Part shown: piece by piece, positions 59,046 to 64,000 of the stretch
Layout: every line of letters starts with the position of its first letter
How positions within the stretch are numbered: position 1 is the stretch's first letter
Source of the DNA: Burkholderiales bacterium
Lineage (GTDB): Bacteria > Pseudomonadota > Gammaproteobacteria > Burkholderiales > Ga0077523
Assembly: GCA_044339985.1 (NCBI GenBank)
Contig: JBIIUM010000002.1
Span: 4,484-68,483, forward strand
DNA length: 64,000 nucleotides
Direction: 5' to 3'
Program-made: the position numbers and the translations under genes
Notes under the pieces: model-generated
Told to the model about the DNA's origin: nothing
What the model saw: only the letters and a program-made list of their open reading frames with translations
Database searches by the model: none

Positions 59046-60014
59046 TTGACCATAGATGACATCCGCCGGCTTGCCGCGGAAGACCTGCGGGCCGTGGACA
59101 CCGTGATCCGCGCCCGGTTGCACTCCGAAGTGGCCCTGGTGAACCAGGTGAGCGAGTACATCATCGCCGCCGGAGGAAAGCGGTTGCGCCCCTTGCTGGG
59201 CATTCTGGCCTCGGGCGCCTGTGGCGCCCGGGGCGCGGCCGTGCACGAATTGGCGGCGGTTATCGAATTCATCCACACCGCCACCTTGCTGCATGACGAC
59301 GTGGTGGACGACTCCGAGTTGCGCAGGGGCCGGTCCACGGCCAACTCGGCCTTCGGCAATCCGGCCGCCGTGCTGGTGGGGGATTTCCTCTATTCCCGTG
59401 CTTTCCAGATGATGGTCACGGTGCGCAACATGCGGGTGATGGAGGTTCTCTCGGAGGCCACCAACGTGATCGCCGAAGGGGAGGTGCTGCAACTCATGAA
59501 TGCCCGCGACCCCGACCTTACGGAACACGCCTATTTGCACGTCATCCGCTACAAGACGGCCAAGCTCTTCGAGGCCGCCGGGCGGCTTGGCGCGGTGCTA
59601 GGTGGAGCGGGAGAGGGTGCCGAGGGGGCGCTGGCCGCCTATGGCATGCACCTGGGAACGGCCTTCCAGTTGATCGACGACGTGCTCGACTACTCGGGCG
59701 AGCGTGCCCAGACGGGCAAGAACCTGGGCGACGACCTGGCGGAGGGCAAGGCGACGCTGCCGCTCATCTACGCCATGCGCGAGGGCACCCCCGCACAGCG
59801 GGCGCTGCTGCGGCAGGCCATCGAAAGCGGCGGGGAGGCGGGTTTCGAGCCGGTGGAGCAGGTGATCCGCGAAACCGGCGCCCTCGATTACGCCCGCGCT
59901 GCCGCCGAGCGCGAGGCGGGCAGGGCCCGGGAGTGCGTCGCCATCCTGCCGGATTCGCAGTACAAGCAGAGTTTGCTAGACTTGCCGGCCTTCGCGGTGG
60001 CTCGCAGTTCGTGA
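59046..60014 (+). CDS. ispB: octaprenyl diphosphate synthase (polyprenyl synthetase)
   Basis: It has the first DDxxD motif in LLHDDVVDDSELRRG and the second in FQLIDDVLD. There is no in-frame ATG at the 5' end. TTG at 59046 gives 322 aa, the typical IspB length. Confidence 0.85.
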   Translation: MTIDDIRRLAAEDLRAVDTVIRARLHSEVALVNQVSEYIIAAGGKRLRPLLGILASGACGARGAAVHELAAVIEFIHTATLLHDDVVDDSELRRGRSTANSAFGNPAAVLVGDFLYSRAFQMMVTVRNMRVMEVLSEATNVIAEGEVLQLMNARDPDLTEHAYLHVIRYKTAKLFEAAGRLGAVLGGAGEGAEGALAAYGMHLGTAFQLIDDVLDYSGERAQTGKNLGDDLAEGKATLPLIYAMREGTPAQRALLRQAIESGGEAGFEPVEQVIRETGALDYARAAAEREAGRARECVAILPDSQYKQSLLDLPAFAVARSS

Positions 60015-60112
60015 CATCAACTTCATGGGCACCCCCGCAGAGAGGGTTGCCCGGGCGGGGGCCTTTGGGCCGTCGGTGCGCGGGGTTGATTCAATCGCTA
60101 TGTTGTTTTCTT

Positions 60113-60189
<77 letters not shown>

Positions 60190-60305
60190 CACATGTTTTT
60201 CCCCTCGGTCACGGCCTTCCGGCTAGGCCTTGGGCACAGGCGTGTGCGGTCAAGTGCGGTTGTCGTTGGTAGATTTGTATCGGTTAGCCGCTCGAAGCAA
60301 ATGGC

Positions 60306-60602
60306 GTGGTGTGGCATGTGGCCATTCCTCAGCCCGAACTCCGGACCGAGCCCTTGGGAAAGTTCCTGTTGCTGGTGGCGCTTGGCGCCATCGTTTATTT
60401 CCTGCTGCGAAACTACAAGCGCGCCATTGCGAGGCAGCAGGAAGCCGACCGCCATTCGGAGCCGGATACGTCCGCTTCCGGCGAAGACATGGTGCGGTGT
60501 GCGCAATGCGGTGTGCACTTGCCGCGCAGCGAAAGTTACCTTTCCGAGGGCAAGTTGTATTGCAGCGAGGAGCACAGGCGCCTCGGGTCGGGCACTCGCT
60601 GA
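60306..60602 (+). CDS. PP0621-family small membrane protein with C-terminal zinc-ribbon-like motif
   Basis: It has one TM segment (KFLLLVALGAIVYFLL) and C-terminal CAQCGVHLPRSESYLSEGKLYCSEEH. Its position directly upstream of a PilS/PilR-type pair is as I recall for the family. The start is uncertain (ATG 60306 or TTG 60354). Confidence 0.6.
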   Translation: MVWHVAIPQPELRTEPLGKFLLLVALGAIVYFLLRNYKRAIARQQEADRHSEPDTSASGEDMVRCAQCGVHLPRSESYLSEGKLYCSEEHRRLGSGTR

Positions 60603-60670
60603 AGGTACTTTCGATTCCTCTGCCGTGAACCGTGTAGTCGCAACGCTAGACCAGTCCTGATCCCACATCC

Positions 60671-62323
60671 ATGGCCGACGTGGCGACAACGGCCCCGAGC
60701 TCCCGGCCGGCGCAGCGCGACAGGGACCTGCCGTCTGGCGCCTGGCGCTCATTGCTCTACTTCAACGCATACCGCCTCCTGGTGGCAGCGTTGCTTTTGG
60801 TAGCGGCAACGGCTGCGGAGCAACTGCCTCAGCTTGACGTGGGCAACCGGGCGATGTTCCTCGGAATCGCCTCGGCCTATGTCCTCTTCGCCTTGGCGAG
60901 CTTCGCGAGCATCAGTGCCCGACAGCCTGGCGTCCAGCTGCAACTCGGCCTGCAGGTGTGCGCGGACATCGTTTTCATGGCCCTGTTGATGCATGCCGGC
61001 GGCGGGATCGGTAGCGGGCCGGGCCTGCTGTTGCTCGCCAACCTTGCCGGTGCCGCCATCATCTCGGGAGGACGCCTTGCGCTTTTCTACGCATCGCTCG
61101 CGTCGCTCGCGGTCCTGCTCACCCATGCTTACGAAGTGGTTACCTCGGCCGCCAGTCCGGGCTTGTTCGTCCAGGCAGGGCTGCTGTCCATCGGTTTCTT
61201 CGCCACGGCCTGGGTCGCCCATTCCTTGGCGCAGCGCGCGGTGGCGAGCGAGCGCCTGGCGGAGCAGCGCCAAGTGGATCTCGCCAGCCAGGCCTTGGTG
61301 AGCCAACTGGTGATGCAGGACATGCAGGACGGTGTCATCGTCGTGGATTCCCACGGCGCGGTCCGCCAGATCAACAGTCGCGCGGAGCAGCTTGTGGGGC
61401 AGCTCCCCAAGGCCGCAGAGGTGCCGCTGCGGGAGTACAGCCCGCCCATCGCCGCTCGCCTGGAGCGCTGGCGCACGAATCCCGACGGCGGCGGCCAGGA
61501 GCCAATCCGCACCGTGTTGTCCAATACGCTGACGGCTGCGCGATTCGTGCCCGTGGGACCGAGTGGCGTCCAGGGCGTGGTGGTTTTCGTGGAAGACCTC
61601 ACGAGGGTGCAGGCCCAGGTCCAGCAGCTCAAGCTTGCATCCCTGGGAAGGCTCACCGCCAACATCGCCCATGAGATTCGCAATCCGCTCTCGGCCATCA
61701 ACCACGCGACCGAGCTTCTTCAGGAGGAGCCCGGGATGCGCGAACATCACGGGCGTCTGTTGCAGATTATTCACGACAACGTGCGGCGCCTCGACCGAAT
61801 GGTTCAGGACGTGTTGCGCCTCAACCGTCGCGACCGGGCCGTGCGTGAAACCTTCCTCCTGGGGGACTTCCTGCGAACTTTTGCCGCCGAGTTCGCCCAG
61901 ATCGAGAAGGTGCCCGGGGATGTGCTTCGCGTGCGGATGGAACTGGAACCCACCGTGGTTTTCGACCGCAGCCACCTCAACCAGGTGATGTGGAACCTTT
62001 GCAGGAACGCCTTGCGCTATTGCCAGCGAAAGCCGGGCAGCGTGCGCATCGAGGGGTCGCCATACTCGGCGGGTGATTCGATCGCCGTACGTGTTCTGGA
62101 TGACGGGCCCGGAGTGGACGAGGCGCTTCGCGCCAACCTGTTCGAGCCGTTCTTCACCACCAATCCTGCTGGCACCGGGTTGGGTTTGTACATCGCGCGG
62201 GAGCTCTGCGAAGCCAACGGTGCGACGCTGGGCTGCGAGGAGAGCGAGGGGCCTGGGGCACGTTTCACCATCCTCATCAAGGGCGCGGTGGTACGCAAGC
62301 CGCGCAGCGGGAGGCAGTCTTGA
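60671..62323 (+). CDS. two-component sensor histidine kinase, PilS/NtrB-like
   Basis: 550-aa ORF with about 6 N-terminal TM segments, a PAS-like region, the H-box LTANIAHEIRNPLSAI and HATPase motifs (DDGPGV, GTGLGLYIAREL). Confidence 0.85.
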   Translation: MADVATTAPSSRPAQRDRDLPSGAWRSLLYFNAYRLLVAALLLVAATAAEQLPQLDVGNRAMFLGIASAYVLFALASFASISARQPGVQLQLGLQVCADIVFMALLMHAGGGIGSGPGLLLLANLAGAAIISGGRLALFYASLASLAVLLTHAYEVVTSAASPGLFVQAGLLSIGFFATAWVAHSLAQRAVASERLAEQRQVDLASQALVSQLVMQDMQDGVIVVDSHGAVRQINSRAEQLVGQLPKAAEVPLREYSPPIAARLERWRTNPDGGGQEPIRTVLSNTLTAARFVPVGPSGVQGVVVFVEDLTRVQAQVQQLKLASLGRLTANIAHEIRNPLSAINHATELLQEEPGMREHHGRLLQIIHDNVRRLDRMVQDVLRLNRRDRAVRETFLLGDFLRTFAAEFAQIEKVPGDVLRVRMELEPTVVFDRSHLNQVMWNLCRNALRYCQRKPGSVRIEGSPYSAGDSIAVRVLDDGPGVDEALRANLFEPFFTTNPAGTGLGLYIARELCEANGATLGCEESEGPGARFTILIKGAVVRKPRSGRQS

Positions 62324-62355
62324 AGCGACGTGAAGCTGGAACCACCGCCCTGCCC

Positions 62356-63729
62356 ATGCGCCACGTGCTGATCGTGGACGACGAGGCGCACATACTCGAG
62401 CTGATCGAGCTCACCCTGTTGCGCATGGGCCTGGAGGTGGATCGGGCCATGAACGTAGCAGAGGCCATGGAACGGTTGCAGGCAGGCACTCACTACGACC
62501 TGTGCCTCACCGACATGCGTCTGCCTGACGGTGACGGGCTGCGCATCGTGGAGCACGTGTCCCAGAGCATTCGCGATCTTCCCGTCGCCGTGATCACAGC
62601 GCACGGCAACGCGGAGAACGCCGTTGCCGCCCTCAAGGCCGGCGCCTTCGACTATCTCGTCAAACCGGTGTCGCTCGACCAGTTGCGCACCCTTGTGAAA
62701 TCGGCGCTTTCGCTGCCCCAGCAGGGCGCTGGTCCCAAGGCGGCAGGCGGGGAGAACGCCCTGATTGGAGAGTCGCAGCCCATCCAGCATGTGCGCCATC
62801 TGATCGACAAGGTCGCCCGCAGCGAGGCGCCAGTGCACGTCACGGGGGAGTCGGGCAGCGGCAAGGAACTGGCCGCGCGCCTGATTCACCGCAATGGCGT
62901 GCGCCGCGACGGGCCATTCATCGCCGTCAACTGCGGGGCCATTCCGGAATCACTCATGGAGTCCGAGTTCTTCGGCTACCGCAAGGGGGCCTTCACCGGT
63001 GCCGACTCGGACCGTGATGGTTTCTTCCAGGTTGCCCATGGAGGCACCCTGTTCCTGGACGAGGTGGCTGATCTGCCGCTGGCCATGCAGGTGAAGCTGT
63101 TGCGGGTCATCCAGGAGAAGAAGGTTCGCAAGGTGGGATCCACGCAGGAGGAGCCGGTGGATGTGCGCATCATCAGCGCCACCCATCAGAACCTCGCGTC
63201 TTGCGTGGAGGCTGGAAGGTTTCGGCATGACCTCTACTACCGCCTGAACGTCATCGAACTGCGCATGCCGTCCCTTCGGGATCGCCGCGAGGACGTGCCG
63301 GTGTTCGCGGCCGCCATTCTCGAGCGCCTGACGCGTTCCATGGCCCATGGCAGGCCCGAACTGGATGCCGACGCGATGAAGCTGCTCCAGCGCTACGATT
63401 TCCCCGGGAACGTACGGGAGCTCGAAAACATCCTGGAGCGCGCCCTGGCTCTGTGCAGCAACGGCCGGATCACCGAGGAAGACCTGCAACTCAGGCCCCT
63501 TGAAACCACATACCGCGAGTCCGAACCCGGTGCCGGCGCCGGGGGCGGCGCTGATGGTCGCAGCGCCGGTCACAAGTGGCCGCTGCAGGAGTTTCTCGAC
63601 AAGACCGAAAAGGAAGCGATTCTCGAAGCGCTCCAGAAAACGCGCTTCAATCGTACCGCCGCAGCCAAGCTGCTTGGCATCACGTTTCGCTCCATTCGCT
63701 ACCGCATGGAGCGGCTGGGCATCGAATGA
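62356..63729 (+). CDS. sigma54-dependent response regulator, PilR/NtrC-like
   Basis: The receiver is MRHVLIVDDE...LTDMRLPDGDG. The AAA+ sigma54 activator domain has GESGSGKE and ESEFFGYRKGAFTGA (GAFTGA). A C-terminal Fis-type HTH is present. An alternative TTG at 62320 overlaps the kinase stop. Confidence 0.9.
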   Translation: MRHVLIVDDEAHILELIELTLLRMGLEVDRAMNVAEAMERLQAGTHYDLCLTDMRLPDGDGLRIVEHVSQSIRDLPVAVITAHGNAENAVAALKAGAFDYLVKPVSLDQLRTLVKSALSLPQQGAGPKAAGGENALIGESQPIQHVRHLIDKVARSEAPVHVTGESGSGKELAARLIHRNGVRRDGPFIAVNCGAIPESLMESEFFGYRKGAFTGADSDRDGFFQVAHGGTLFLDEVADLPLAMQVKLLRVIQEKKVRKVGSTQEEPVDVRIISATHQNLASCVEAGRFRHDLYYRLNVIELRMPSLRDRREDVPVFAAAILERLTRSMAHGRPELDADAMKLLQRYDFPGNVRELENILERALALCSNGRITEEDLQLRPLETTYRESEPGAGAGGGADGRSAGHKWPLQEFLDKTEKEAILEALQKTRFNRTAAAKLLGITFRSIRYRMERLGIE

Positions 63730-64000
63730 CGGGGGGCGAGCCGCCGGGATTCGACGCCCAAGGCTGGCTCGCCGGAGTTCGCCGCGCGCCATCGCCCCAC
63801 TGTGACCCGCGCCCTCCGGGCGCGGCGGTGGAGTTGGTCGTCATCCACGGCATCAGCCTGCCACCGGGCCGCTTCGGCGGCCCGCACATCGAAGACCTGT
63901 TCCTCGGCCGGCTCGATCCGGCGGCCGATCCTTTTTTCCGGGAGATCGAAGGGCTGCGGGTGTCGGCGCACTTTCTGGTTCGTCGCGACGGTGAGGTGGT
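63726..64000 (+). CDS. ampD: 1,6-anhydro-N-acetylmuramyl-L-alanine amidase AmpD, 5' part only
   Basis: The ATG at 63726 overlaps the pilR-like stop (ATGA). Translation reads MTGGEPPGFDAQGWLAGVRRAPSPHCDPRPPGAAVELVVIHGISLPPGRFGGPHIEDLF...VSAHFLVRRDGEV, matching the AmpD N-terminus. It runs off the window edge and so is absent from the ORF track. Confidence 0.8.
   Translation, partial: MTGGEPPGFDAQGWLAGVRRAPSPHCDPRPPGAAVELVVIHGISLPPGRFGGPHIEDLFLGRLDPAADPFFREIEGLRVSAHFLVRRDGEV

Overview
Very GC-rich bacterial chromosomal segment. Gene content and synteny (rppH-proS, rplU-rpmA-obg-proB, ispB, tRNA-Pro, PP0621-pilS-pilR-ampD) look betaproteobacterial, possibly Rhodocyclales-like; that placement is inference only. 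I call about 62 protein genes, one tRNA-Pro(CGG), several intrinsic terminators and a few promoter or operator candidates. I found no rRNA, CRISPR array, transposase, integrase or prophage gene. Because of the GC content the ORF track is full of long shadow ORFs. I kept only frames with recognisable family motifs, a plausible start and RBS, and high third-position GC.

The window mixes housekeeping genes with accessory clusters. Housekeeping genes are glpK, proS, hrpA, obg, proB, L21/L27, ispB, gluQ and rppH. The points most worth following up are:

- A predicted untranslated RNA of about 220 nt between the Mrp/TerB operon and hrpA. It has an FNR-type box at exact class II spacing and a strong intrinsic terminator.
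- A tightly coupled operon of MtnK-like kinase, divergent enolase paralogue (E168D and H373A by eye), EamA transporter and 4HBT thioesterase, divergent from glpK.
- An operon of a CxxCxxCC protein, a DUF3419 (BtaA-like) protein and a SAM methyltransferase next to psiF, which could make a betaine lipid.
- A cluster of erythrin, HdrD/GlpC-like Fe-S protein, DUF3501 and CNP1 lipoprotein behind a near-consensus promoter with a palindromic operator.
- An AT-rich 430-bp islet in front of an adhesin-E-like secreted protein.
- A His-rich formamidase inserted in a peptide/nickel ABC operon.
- A Tat-exported PncA coupled to a Cys-rich ORF that has no canonical start.

All functional calls come from by-eye motif recognition and need a database check.
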